Counted from the stretch's first letter, positions 30,317-39,160 are shown. The stretch is DNA of 50,420 nt from Patescibacteria group bacterium (GCA_028866595.1 JAGWHV010000001.1:1-50420), one strand, 5' to 3'. The notes: generated by a model not told the origin, from the letters alone. Program-made: numbers and translations.

Positions 30317-31414
30317 ATGGCACTTTCTATAGGCATCGTCGGGCTTCCAAACGTCGGCAAATCGACGCTTTTCAATGCGCTCACGAAGAAAAGCGTTCTC
30401 GTCGCCAATTATCCTTTCGCGACGATCGACCCGTCAGTCGGCGTCGTCGCCGTGCCCGACGAGCGTCTTTGGAAGCTTTCTGAGTTCTCCCACAGCGCAA
30501 AAACCGTCCCGGCCGCAGTCGAATTCGTCGATATCGCCGGCCTTGTCAAAGGCGCGGCCCAGGGCGAAGGCCTCGGCAATAAATTCCTTGCCAATATCCG
30601 CGAGACGGACGCGATAGCCGAAGTCGTCCGCATATTCGAGGACGACGACATCATCCACGTCGCCGGCGGCGTCGACCCTCTTCGCGACATCGAGGTCATA
30701 AATCTCGAGCTCATATTCGCCGATCTCGAGACGACGACGAAACGCATGATCAATCTCGGCAAGGAAGTCAAAGCCGGCAAAAAAGAGGCGGTGATCGAGA
30801 TGAAGCTCCTCGAGCGCCTCAAGGCCACCCTCGAGGCGGGCACGCTCGCTTCATCAGTCGCGGCGGACGAGTTCGAAGCGCCTTTTCTCAAACAGCTCCA
30901 TCTCCTCACGTCGAAAAAGATCCTCTATGTGCTCAACAAAAAGACCGGCGGCAAAAATCTCGACGAGATGAATGACGGTCGATTCGCGGCGCTCGTCGAT
31001 TTCATCGAGAAGAGCGGGGCAGGGCACGTCATCGTCGACGCCGGCATCGAACAAGATCTCAAAGATATGACAGATGCCGAGAAAACCGAGATGCGCGCCG
31101 GCCTCGGCGGCGCCGACAACGGCGTCGACAATCTCATCAAGAAAAGCTACGAGCTTCTCGGCCTTATTACTTATTTCACGACGGGCGAGGACGAGACGCG
31201 CGGCTGGACGATCAGACGCGGCTCTACCGCGCCTTTGGCCGGTACCGCTATCCACGGCGATTTCAAAGACAAGTTCATCCGGGCGGAGGTCATCGAGTGG
31301 GATACATTGCTCGCCGCCGGCTCATACGTCGCCGCTCGCGAACGCGGCCTCATCCGCACCGAAGGCAAAGACTACATCGTCAAGGACGGTGACGTGATAG
31401 AGTTTAAGGTGTAA
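30317..31414 (+). CDS. ychF: ribosome-binding ATPase YchF
   Basis: G1 motif GIVGLPNVGKSTLFNAL and the C-terminal TGS-like region RGWTIRRGSTAPLAGTAIHGDFKDKFIRAEV. The start is the ATG at 30317, downstream of the -10 box. Confidence 0.93.
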   Translation: MALSIGIVGLPNVGKSTLFNALTKKSVLVANYPFATIDPSVGVVAVPDERLWKLSEFSHSAKTVPAAVEFVDIAGLVKGAAQGEGLGNKFLANIRETDAIAEVVRIFEDDDIIHVAGGVDPLRDIEVINLELIFADLETTTKRMINLGKEVKAGKKEAVIEMKLLERLKATLEAGTLASSVAADEFEAPFLKQLHLLTSKKILYVLNKKTGGKNLDEMNDGRFAALVDFIEKSGAGHVIVDAGIEQDLKDMTDAEKTEMRAGLGGADNGVDNLIKKSYELLGLITYFTTGEDETRGWTIRRGSTAPLAGTAIHGDFKDKFIRAEVIEWDTLLAAGSYVAARERGLIRTEGKDYIVKDGDVIEFKV

Positions 31415-31431
31415 TTTAAGTTTTGACGATA

Positions 31432-31890
31432 ATGTTGCTCGTAAAAACCAAGATCAAAGAGAGCGATATCCACGGCATCGGATTGTTCGCGGACGAATTC
31501 ATTCCAAGGGGGACTGAGATCTGGAGATTCACTCCGGGTTTTGATCAGAGGCTCACGAGAGAGCAGATTCTGAGCTTTCCCGATCTGCTTCAAGTCTATA
31601 TCTACAAATATTGCTGGAGAAGCAAAAAGAGCAAATTATATTGTTTCTCCGCTGACAACGGAAAATACTTTAATCATTCGAAAAACCCTAATGTTTTGTC
31701 GGAGTACCGAGACGGCGAAGAAGAAGTGGTCATGATAGCGATGAGAGACATCGAGATTGGAGAAGAGATTCTAGACAACTACAATTCTTTTGAGGACGAG
31801 AGGAGCGAGAACGACGTCTTGGATGAAATTGCCGAGAAATTTCATCTTGAAGACGAACTCGACCCTCGTTTTAAAGAGGTGGTCTCATAG
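31432..31890 (+). CDS. SET-domain protein (putative protein lysine methyltransferase)
   Basis: Motifs IHGIGLFADEFIPRGTEIW, YFNHSKNPNV, and IEIGEEILDNY. By my spot counts GC is clearly lower (about 43%) than in the flanking genes. Confidence 0.8.
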   Translation: MLLVKTKIKESDIHGIGLFADEFIPRGTEIWRFTPGFDQRLTREQILSFPDLLQVYIYKYCWRSKKSKLYCFSADNGKYFNHSKNPNVLSEYRDGEEEVVMIAMRDIEIGEEILDNYNSFEDERSENDVLDEIAEKFHLEDELDPRFKEVVS

Positions 31891-31952
31891 CCCTAATACT
31901 CATAGAGATTTAGCCCTGTGCATAACCTCCTTGCGCAAAAATCTTGCCAAGT

Positions 31953-31961
31953 TGATATAAT
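31953..31961 (+). promoter_or_regulatory. extended -10 box TGaTATAAT upstream of the DUF378-like gene
   Basis: TG at 31953-31954 and TATAAT at 31956-31961. Confidence 0.4.
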
Positions 31962-32004
31962 TGATGGGTAAAAGTCGCAGCATTATCAGCTAGAAAAATC
32001 ACCC

Positions 32005-32238
32005 ATGAAAGCAACTCATGCTATAGCATTCGTCCTCGTGATCATCGGCGCTCTTAACTGGGGCCTGACCGCGTTCGGATGGAATGTTGTGCACCTTATT
32101 CTCGGCAGCGTCAGCTGGCTTGAGAGTCTGGTCTACATCCTTGTTGGCCTTTCTGGTCTCTACCTCATCTTCACCCACAAGAGGGATTGCAAGATGTGCG
32201 AGTCCAAGGCTCCACAGGCTTCCCAGGCGACTATGTAG
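32005..32238 (+). CDS. DUF378-like small membrane protein
   Basis: AFVLVIIGALNWGLTAFGWNVVHLILG and a second TM segment are typical of DUF378. It has a short Cys-containing C-terminal tail. Confidence 0.7.
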   Translation: MKATHAIAFVLVIIGALNWGLTAFGWNVVHLILGSVSWLESLVYILVGLSGLYLIFTHKRDCKMCESKAPQASQATM

Positions 32239-32270
32239 TCGTCGGCGACTTGCCCAGCATATGGTATGAA

Positions 32271-32296
32271 AAAGCCGGCCCACAGGCCGGCTTTTT
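32271..32296 (+). terminator. intrinsic terminator
   Basis: Stem GCCGGCC (32274-32280) / GGCCGGC (32285-32291), flanked by AAA and TTTTT. Confidence 0.75.
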
Positions 32297-32298
32297 CG

Positions 32299-32307
32299 TG
32301 GTATATT
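32299..32307 (+). promoter_or_regulatory. extended -10 box TGgTATATT upstream of the 191-aa membrane protein / leuS unit
   Basis: TG at 32299-32300 and TATATT at 32302-32307. Confidence 0.4.
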
Positions 32308-32342
32308 CAATCATTATCCGATCAGCTTCTAGCTAAAACCCC

Positions 32343-32918
32343 ATGGATCAGAACGGACAAAGCGCACGCCAGCCTCGTTTTCTCAAATGGTCGCTCGTAT
32401 TCGCGATTGCTCTCGTCGCGAACCTTTTCGTTAATTACGCTCTTTCGCTCGCGTACAAAGCGCCTGTCTGGAATGATTTCTGCCACGATCAGCAGATCGT
32501 GACGCCTCCGGCGACGGAAGCCGCCTGCGTCTCCGCAGGCGGCCAATGGACTGCCGTGGTCGCGCCGGCAGGGCAGGAGCCGCCGACTGTCAAAACCGCG
32601 AGCGGTTATTGCAATCCGAATTACACATGCCAACAAGCTCTCCAGAATGCCCAGGAGTCGTACGAGCGTAATGTCTTCATCATTCTCGTCATCGTCGGCG
32701 TCATCATGATCGCCCTTGGCTCGTTCGTGGGCGGCGGGGAAGTCGTCAAAACATCCCTTTCGTTCGCTGGCTCGCTCTCGCTCGTCGTCGCTTCTTTCCG
32801 GTACTGGTCGTCGGCTCAAGACTGGCTCAAGGTCGTCATCCTCGGCGTCGCTCTCGCCGCTCTCTTGTGGCTCGCCGTCAAAAAATTCGCCCGCACAGAT
32901 GAAAAAGTACGATCATAA
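32343..32918 (+). CDS. hypothetical membrane protein with Cys-containing extracytoplasmic loop (191 aa)
   Basis: TM segments WSLVFAIALVANLFVNYAL, VFIILVIVGVIMIALGSFVGG, and VVILGVALAALLWLAV. It overlaps the leuS start by 20 nt. Confidence 0.6.
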   Translation: MDQNGQSARQPRFLKWSLVFAIALVANLFVNYALSLAYKAPVWNDFCHDQQIVTPPATEAACVSAGGQWTAVVAPAGQEPPTVKTASGYCNPNYTCQQALQNAQESYERNVFIILVIVGVIMIALGSFVGGGEVVKTSLSFAGSLSLVVASFRYWSSAQDWLKVVILGVALAALLWLAVKKFARTDEKVRS

Positions 32919-35751
32919 GAAAATAGAAAAAAAATGGCAGTCGGAGTGGGCCAAAGCCAAGATCTATAACGCCAAGGAAGGCGCGTCGGCGAAAGGCATG
33001 AAGAAATTCTATCCTCTCGTCGAATTCCCGTTTCCCTCGGGCGCTGGCCTTCATACGGGTCATGTGAGGAGCTATACAGCTATGGACGTTGTCGCCAGGA
33101 AGCACCGCATGGAAGGCGAGAACGTCATGTATCCGATCGGCTGGGACGCGTTCGGCCTGCCGACGGAGAATTATGCGATCAAGACCGGCCGCCAGCCAGC
33201 GGCTGTCACAAAAGAAAACACAGACAATTTCCGCCGCCAGCTCAAATCGCTCGGCCTTTCTTTCGACTGGTTGCGCGAGGTGGATACGACCGATCCGAAA
33301 TATTACAAATGGACGCAGTGGATCTTTCTCAAAATGTTCGAGAAAGGCCTCGCCTATAAAGCCAAGACGGAGATCAATTGGTGTCCGAAGGACAAGATCG
33401 GCCTCGCCAACGAGGAAGTGGTGAACGGCCGTTGCGATCGGTGCGGCACGCTGGTCGAGAAGCGGGTCAAAGAGCAATGGATGCTCGCCATCACCAAATA
33501 TGCCGACCGTCTCTATGACGACCTTGATACAGTCGACTACCTGGAGCGTATCAAGATCCAACAGAGGAATTGGATCGGTCGGTCCGAGGGCGCGGAGCTC
33601 GGATTCGCCGTGCGCGTCGGCGGCAAGGCTCTCGCCGACAAGGTAAAAGTATTCACAACCCGGCCTGACACGCTTTTCGGCGTGACGTACGTTGTCGTCG
33701 CGCCGGAGCACCCGCTCGTCTCCACGCTAGAATACAAAAACAAAACCGAGGTCGCCGCATACGTCGCCGCCGCGCGCAAAGAGAGCGATATAGAGCGCAC
33801 CGATGCCAAAAAAGAGAAAACAGGCGTCAAGCTCGAAGGCGTCTCGGCTGTGAATCCGGCGAATGGCGAGGAGGTGCCCGTCTTCGTCGCTGATTATGTC
33901 CTAGGAGGCTATGGCACTGGCGCCGTCATGGCAGTACCTGCGCATGACGAGCGCGATTTCGCTTTTGCGAAGAAATACGACTTGCCCATTCGCCATGTCG
34001 TCGAGCCTTCGTTCGAGAAAAATGAAGGTAAGGACGCGACGAGAAAAGGCCAACCATTCGTCGAACGAAACGCGGTCATGTGCCTTATAAAACATTGGGA
34101 CAAAGACGAATTCCTGTGCTCAAAATGGAAATCGAATGATTGGCAGGGTTTCGTCACGGGCGGCATCGACGGAGCAGAAGACGAAGGCGCCACGGCCGTG
34201 CGCGAGGCAGCCGAAGAGACCGGGTATACGGGCACGAAATATGTGAGGACCGTCGGCACTGTCCATTCAAAGTTCTATCACGACGTAAAGCGCAAGAATA
34301 GATACGCTCACTTCAAAGTCGTATATCTCGAGCTCGCATCGGGAGCGCAGAAGCCTGTCGCAGAAGACGAGAAAAACCTCCATGACGTCGTCTGGGTGCC
34401 GCGTGACAGAGTGAGAGATTTCGTGAACAGACCCGATCTCAAGGCCGCATGGGATCTATTCGCGGACGGGTGCTATGTCGGAGAAGGCGTGCTCGTCGGC
34501 TCTGGAAAATTCAGCGGAATGGATGCCGACGGAGCGATGAAGCCGATCACTGAATTCGCCGGAGGGAAGTGGGTGACGACGTACAAGCTCCGCGACTGGG
34601 TGTTCTCGCGCCAGCGCTATTGGGGCGAGCCGATCCCTCTCATCCATTGCGAAAAATGCGGCTGGGTAGCCGTTCCGGAAAAAGACTTGCCCGTCAAATT
34701 GCCTGCCGTCAAAAAATACGAGCCGACGGATACAGGCGAGTCGCCGCTCTCGGCTATGACTAAATGGGTCAACGTCAAGTGCCCGAAATGCAAAAGCCCG
34801 GCGATCCGCGAGACGGATACCATGCCGCAGTGGGCTGGTTCATCTTGGTATTACCTTCGCTATGTCGATCCAAAAAACAGCAAGAAGCTCGCTGACCCTA
34901 AAAAGCTCGACTACTGGACGCCCGTCGATTGGTACAACGGCGGCATGGAGCACACGACGCTTCACTTGCTCTATTCGCGCTTTTGGCACAAATTCCTCTA
35001 CGACATCGGCGTCGTGCCGACTGCTGAGCCGTACAAGAAGCGCACCTCCCAAGGCATGATCCTCGCCGAAGGCGGAGAGAAAATGTCCAAATCGCGCGGC
35101 AATGTTGTCAATCCTGACGAGCTCGTGGAGACCTATGGCGCCGACACTCTCCGTCTCTATGAGATGTTCATGGGTCCTTTTGACCAAGCGATCGCCTGGG
35201 ATACGAAAAGCATGATCGGTCCGCGGCGGTTCATCGAGAGAGTCTTCGCATTCGGTCAGAGACCGACGAGAAAAGGAGCCACGCTCTCGAAAGAAACGGG
35301 CGCTCTTCTTCAAAAGACCATACAAAAAGTGACAGCGGATATCGAGAACATGAATTTCAATACGGCTATATCGTCTCTGATGATTCTCCTCAATGCTTTC
35401 GAAAAAGAAGATGCCGTGCCGCGCGCCGATCTCGAGTCATTCCTCAAACTCCTCGCGCCTCTCGCCCCGCATATGACGGAGGATGTGTGGCATGAGCTTG
35501 GCAATAAAAAATCCATCCACATCGCGCCGTGGCCCGTCGCCGACGAGACCAAGCTCGAGGACGAATCGGTCACTATCGTCGTCCAAGTCAACGGTAAAGT
35601 CCGAGCGAGCTTTATCGTGGCTAAAGGCACGGATAAAAACGTCCTCGAACGTACGGCACTCGGCCTCGCCGATGTGAAAAAATGGGTAGGGGAGGCGACG
35701 CCGAAGAAGGTGATCATCGTCCCCGGCAAGCTCGTGTCGATCGTCGTCTAG
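32899..35751 (+). CDS. leuS: leucine--tRNA ligase carrying an internal Nudix-domain insertion (950 aa)
   Basis: HIGH-type HTGHVRSYT; CP1 editing motifs TTRPDTLFGVTYVVVAPEHPLV and GTGAVMAVPAHDERD; YKLRDWVFSRQRYWGEPIP; KMSKS. The start is ATG 32899 (MKKYDHKKIEKKWQSEW). The ORF-track extension from 32716 overlaps the upstream gene out of frame. Confidence 0.95.
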   Translation: MKKYDHKKIEKKWQSEWAKAKIYNAKEGASAKGMKKFYPLVEFPFPSGAGLHTGHVRSYTAMDVVARKHRMEGENVMYPIGWDAFGLPTENYAIKTGRQPAAVTKENTDNFRRQLKSLGLSFDWLREVDTTDPKYYKWTQWIFLKMFEKGLAYKAKTEINWCPKDKIGLANEEVVNGRCDRCGTLVEKRVKEQWMLAITKYADRLYDDLDTVDYLERIKIQQRNWIGRSEGAELGFAVRVGGKALADKVKVFTTRPDTLFGVTYVVVAPEHPLVSTLEYKNKTEVAAYVAAARKESDIERTDAKKEKTGVKLEGVSAVNPANGEEVPVFVADYVLGGYGTGAVMAVPAHDERDFAFAKKYDLPIRHVVEPSFEKNEGKDATRKGQPFVERNAVMCLIKHWDKDEFLCSKWKSNDWQGFVTGGIDGAEDEGATAVREAAEETGYTGTKYVRTVGTVHSKFYHDVKRKNRYAHFKVVYLELASGAQKPVAEDEKNLHDVVWVPRDRVRDFVNRPDLKAAWDLFADGCYVGEGVLVGSGKFSGMDADGAMKPITEFAGGKWVTTYKLRDWVFSRQRYWGEPIPLIHCEKCGWVAVPEKDLPVKLPAVKKYEPTDTGESPLSAMTKWVNVKCPKCKSPAIRETDTMPQWAGSSWYYLRYVDPKNSKKLADPKKLDYWTPVDWYNGGMEHTTLHLLYSRFWHKFLYDIGVVPTAEPYKKRTSQGMILAEGGEKMSKSRGNVVNPDELVETYGADTLRLYEMFMGPFDQAIAWDTKSMIGPRRFIERVFAFGQRPTRKGATLSKETGALLQKTIQKVTADIENMNFNTAISSLMILLNAFEKEDAVPRADLESFLKLLAPLAPHMTEDVWHELGNKKSIHIAPWPVADETKLEDESVTIVVQVNGKVRASFIVAKGTDKNVLERTALGLADVKKWVGEATPKKVIIVPGKLVSIVV

Positions 35752-35774
35752 CCGGTATCCCCTTGACACGAATC

Positions 35775-35803
35775 TTGACTTCGCAGTAATCTTGACTTAA
35801 TAT
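35775..35803 (+). promoter_or_regulatory. sigma-70 promoter of the sigma4/HARE-HTH gene
   Basis: -35 TTGACT (35775-35780), 17-nt spacer, -10 TAATAT (35798-35803), with the ATG 7 nt downstream. TTGAC occurs three times (35763, 35775, 35792), and AATCTTGACTT is directly repeated. Confidence 0.55.
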
Positions 35804-35810
35804 CAAACAT

Positions 35811-36845
35811 ATGACAACGACGCTTACGCTCAAGCCGAAACAGGTCGTCAAGGCGCTCCTCAAGAGCCTGCCTGACCGCGCCCAGGAAGTAGTCATCAAG
35901 CGCTACGGCCTCGGCAAAGATCCGAAGAAGATGACTCTCGAGGCGATAGGCAAGACCTACGGCATCACCCGCGAGCGCGTCCGCCAGATCGAGAACTACG
36001 CCATTCAGAACATCCAGCGCTCGAAAGAGTACGAAGCCCAGGCGGCTGCTTTCAAGGAGCTCGAGGATATGGTCAAGGAGATGGGCACCATTATCGCCGA
36101 GGAAGACCTCCTCGACGCTGTCTCGAAAGACGCCTCGACCCAGAATCATATCTATTTCTTGCTCGTCCTCGGCCGGGCTTTCAAATGGCAAAAGGAGGAC
36201 GACCATTTCAAGCACCGCTGGCATGTCGACGACGCGACCGCCAAGAAAGTCGAGGACGCTCTCAAGAAGCTCTACAAGAATCTCAAGGACGACGACATCA
36301 TCCCTGAATCGGAGATGATCGATACGTTCCTCAACCACATCGAGGGGCTTAACGATCAGTATCGAAACGACGAGATTCTCAAGCGCTGGCTCGCCATCTC
36401 GAAAAAAGTCGGCAAGAATCCTCTCGGCGAATGGGGTGTCGCCCAGTCTCCGAACATCCGCGCCAAAGGCGTCCGCGATTATGCTTATCTGGTGATCAGA
36501 AAGCACGGCTCGCCGATCCATTTCCGCGAAGTCGCCAAGCAGATCGAAAAAATGTTCGACAAAAAAGCCCACGAAGCGACCACTCACAACGAGCTCATCA
36601 AGGACCCCCGCTTCGTTCTCGTCGGCCGCGGCCTTTACGCGCTCTCCGAGTGGGGCTATATGTCCGGCGTCGTCAAAGACGTCATCAAGAAGATCCTCGA
36701 GAAGAGCGGCCCGCTCACCAGGAAGGAGATCATAGACAAAGTCCTCAAGGAGCGCTACGTCAAAGAGAACACTATCCTCGTCAATCTCCAGAATCCGAAA
36801 TATTTCAAGAAAGACAAAGAGAACAGGTACTCGCCGGCGGCATAG
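35811..36845 (+). CDS. sigma-70 region-4-like HTH plus HARE-HTH (RpoE-delta-like) domain protein
   Basis: The N-terminal VIKRYGLGKDPKKMTLEAIGKTYGITRERVRQIENYAI resembles sigma region 4.2. The C-terminal YAYLVIRKHGSPIHFREVAKQIE...RFVLVGRGLYALSEWGY resembles the HARE-HTH fold. Confidence 0.7.
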   Translation: MTTTLTLKPKQVVKALLKSLPDRAQEVVIKRYGLGKDPKKMTLEAIGKTYGITRERVRQIENYAIQNIQRSKEYEAQAAAFKELEDMVKEMGTIIAEEDLLDAVSKDASTQNHIYFLLVLGRAFKWQKEDDHFKHRWHVDDATAKKVEDALKKLYKNLKDDDIIPESEMIDTFLNHIEGLNDQYRNDEILKRWLAISKKVGKNPLGEWGVAQSPNIRAKGVRDYAYLVIRKHGSPIHFREVAKQIEKMFDKKAHEATTHNELIKDPRFVLVGRGLYALSEWGYMSGVVKDVIKKILEKSGPLTRKEIIDKVLKERYVKENTILVNLQNPKYFKKDKENRYSPAA

Positions 36846-36850
36846 TCATA

Positions 36851-36888
36851 AAAGGCCCTGAACGTCGAGGCGCGTTCCAGGGCCTTTT
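36851..36888 (+). terminator. hairpin terminator
   Basis: AAAGGCCCTGAACG / CGTTCCAGGGCCTTT forms a stem of about 14 bp with one bulge. The T-run is partly inside the stem. Confidence 0.55.
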
Positions 36889-36896
36889 GCTATAAT
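36888..36896 (+). promoter_or_regulatory. extended -10 box TGcTATAAT
   Basis: 6 nt separate the box from the GTG at 36903. Confidence 0.45.
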
Positions 36897-36902
36897 AATC
36901 CC

Positions 36903-38138
36903 GTGAATATTTTTTCCGATCTCGCGAGCTTCGCCATCAATATCGCTATCCCGCAGACTGCCCGCTGGCTCATATTCTTTGCTGTCGTCTGGATACCGAT
37001 CGTCATATTCGAGTATGCCTGGGGCGTCTGGGTCCGCTATGTGCGGACTGCGTGGATAGGGAAGCAGGAAAAGATCCTCCTCGAGATCAAATTGCCGCAA
37101 GAGACGATCAAGTCGCCGCTCGCTATGGAGCTCGTTCTCACCGGCCTCTATCAAACGGGCGGCGAAGGCACGCCTCTCGACCGTTATTGGGAAGGCAAAG
37201 TCCGCCCATGGTTCTCTCTCGAGCTCGCGTCGATCGATGGCGAGATCCATTTCTACATCTGGACGTTCAAGAGCCAGCGGGCGATCGTCGAGTCGAATAT
37301 ATACGCGCAATATCCGGGCGTCGAGATCCACGAAGTGCCCGACTATACCGAGGCGGTCTTCTTTGACCCGGAGAAATACGAGCTCGCCGGCTGCCGATTC
37401 GAAGCGACCGGCCCTGATCCTTTGCCGATAAAAACGTACGTCGACTATGGCCTCGACAAAGATCCAAAAGAAGAATACAAAGTCGATCCAATGGCGCCTC
37501 TGATCGAATTCATGGGCTCGCTCAAGAAAGGCCACCAAGCCTGGGTTCAGATCATTGTCCGCGCCCACACCCAGGAGAAGACGCCTCTCAACAATAAATA
37601 TCCCGACAAATGGAAAGAAGAGGCTAAAGAACTCATCCAGAAAGTCATCGACGAAGCCGCTGTCGAGGACGAAGAGGGCAACAAGGTGCCGAATCTAGCC
37701 AAGCTCACCAAGGGCGCCCAGGAAAAAATCGCCGCCATCGAGCGCTCCGTCTCCAAGCTCGCGTTCGACGCCGGCATCAGGATCGTCTACATCGCTCCGA
37801 AAGATATCTTCGATAAAGGCAATGGCGGCGGTCTGACAGGCTCGTTCAAGCAATTCAACGCGCCCCACATGAACGGCTTCAAGCCAGAGGAAGGCATGTC
37901 ATTCGACTATAAATGGCAGGACTGGAAAGGCCACAAGCTTCTGGGGCGCAAGATCGAGCATTTCCGGGCATATTGCGAGCGTGGCTATTTCCACTATCCG
38001 TTCATGCGCAAGTGGACGGTGCTCAATACCGAAGAGCTCGCGACTCTTTATCATTTCCCAGGCAGCGCCGTAAAGACGCCGACCCTCAAGCGTATCCCAT
38101 CGAAGAGCGCGGACGCTCCTTCGAACCTGCCTGTCTAG
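36903..38138 (+). CDS. conserved-looking hypothetical membrane-anchored protein (411 aa)
   Basis: N-terminal TM segment WLIFFAVVWIPIVIF followed by LLEIKLPQETIKSPLAMELVL...FSLELASIDGEIHFYIWT. From memory this pattern resembles N-terminal modules of proteins next to conjugation/T4SS-type ATPases in CPR genomes. That comparison is unverified. Confidence 0.55.
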   Translation: MNIFSDLASFAINIAIPQTARWLIFFAVVWIPIVIFEYAWGVWVRYVRTAWIGKQEKILLEIKLPQETIKSPLAMELVLTGLYQTGGEGTPLDRYWEGKVRPWFSLELASIDGEIHFYIWTFKSQRAIVESNIYAQYPGVEIHEVPDYTEAVFFDPEKYELAGCRFEATGPDPLPIKTYVDYGLDKDPKEEYKVDPMAPLIEFMGSLKKGHQAWVQIIVRAHTQEKTPLNNKYPDKWKEEAKELIQKVIDEAAVEDEEGNKVPNLAKLTKGAQEKIAAIERSVSKLAFDAGIRIVYIAPKDIFDKGNGGGLTGSFKQFNAPHMNGFKPEEGMSFDYKWQDWKGHKLLGRKIEHFRAYCERGYFHYPFMRKWTVLNTEELATLYHFPGSAVKTPTLKRIPSKSADAPSNLPV

Positions 38139-38150
38139 CGGACATCTTCA

Positions 38151-39152
38151 ATGGAGAGCGGATCACCGAAATACATGTCCGAGCGGCCGTTACTGTCGCC
38201 GAAAAATCGATGGCTTGCGGTGGCCGCGGCGCTTATCGTCCTTTACGCGCTCTACACCCGTTCTCTAGCCGCTCCGATCGGTCTTGCTGCCGACACGACG
38301 ATCACGGTGCCGAAAGGCGCTGGTCTCACTTCCATCGCCGATAGACTCGAAACCGAGCATGTCATCAGGTCGCCGTTCGCTTTCAAGGTGCTCGTCGTCC
38401 TGTTCGGCGGCTCGCGAGGGGTAGAAGCGGGAGATTATTATTTTCCTACCGCTGAAAACGCTGTCCGCGTCGCCTGGCGCTTGACTCACAGCCATTACGA
38501 GCTCGTCACTGTTCGCGTCACGATCCCCGAAGGCACTGATGTCAAAGGTATAGCGAGCATACTGGCCAAAGAGCCGCGTCTCGAGCTTTTCAACGAGCAG
38601 GACTTTCTCAAGATCGCTTTGCCGCGCGAGGGATATCTTTTCCCTGATACATACGATATCCCGCCGAACGCGACTGATCAGGACATCGTCGATATGATGC
38701 TTTCGAATTATGAGAGGCGCATACAGACCCTCTCGGCCGACATCACCACATTCGGCAGGCCGATAAGCCAGGTGATGATAATGGCGTCGATCGTCGAAAG
38801 AGAAGCGAATACGACGGAGATGCGCCAGACAGTCGCCGGCATCCTGTGGAAGAGGCTCGACGAGCATATGCCTCTCCAGGTCGATTCGGCTTTCTCATAC
38901 GTCGATGGCAAGACGGCGAGCAAAGACATTTCCGTCTCCGATCTCGCCATCGATTCGCCGTACAATACGTATCTCCACGTCGGATTGCCGCCGACGCCGA
39001 TATCGAACCCTGGTCTCGAGGCTATCCACGATACCGTCCATCCGATATCCACGCCGTATTATTACTATCTCTCCGATAGCCAGGGCACCATGCACTATGC
39101 GGTGACGCTTCAGGAGCATGAGGCGAACAAGGCGAAATATTTGGGGTATTGA
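38151..39152 (+). CDS. mltG: endolytic murein transglycosylase MltG (YceG family)
   Basis: Motifs EGYLFPDTY, ASIVEREA, PLQVDSAF, and YNTYLHVGLPPTPISNPG. Confidence 0.92.
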   Translation: MESGSPKYMSERPLLSPKNRWLAVAAALIVLYALYTRSLAAPIGLAADTTITVPKGAGLTSIADRLETEHVIRSPFAFKVLVVLFGGSRGVEAGDYYFPTAENAVRVAWRLTHSHYELVTVRVTIPEGTDVKGIASILAKEPRLELFNEQDFLKIALPREGYLFPDTYDIPPNATDQDIVDMMLSNYERRIQTLSADITTFGRPISQVMIMASIVEREANTTEMRQTVAGILWKRLDEHMPLQVDSAFSYVDGKTASKDISVSDLAIDSPYNTYLHVGLPPTPISNPGLEAIHDTVHPISTPYYYYLSDSQGTMHYAVTLQEHEANKAKYLGY

Positions 39153-39160
39153 ATAAAAAA

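Noticed and set aside
32716-32898. Upstream extension of the leuS ORF (ORF-track start at 32716).
   Set aside because: It overlaps the 191-aa membrane protein in another frame and gives a Ser/Arg-rich peptide. The canonical LeuRS N-terminus (MKKYDHKKIEKKWQ) begins at 32899.
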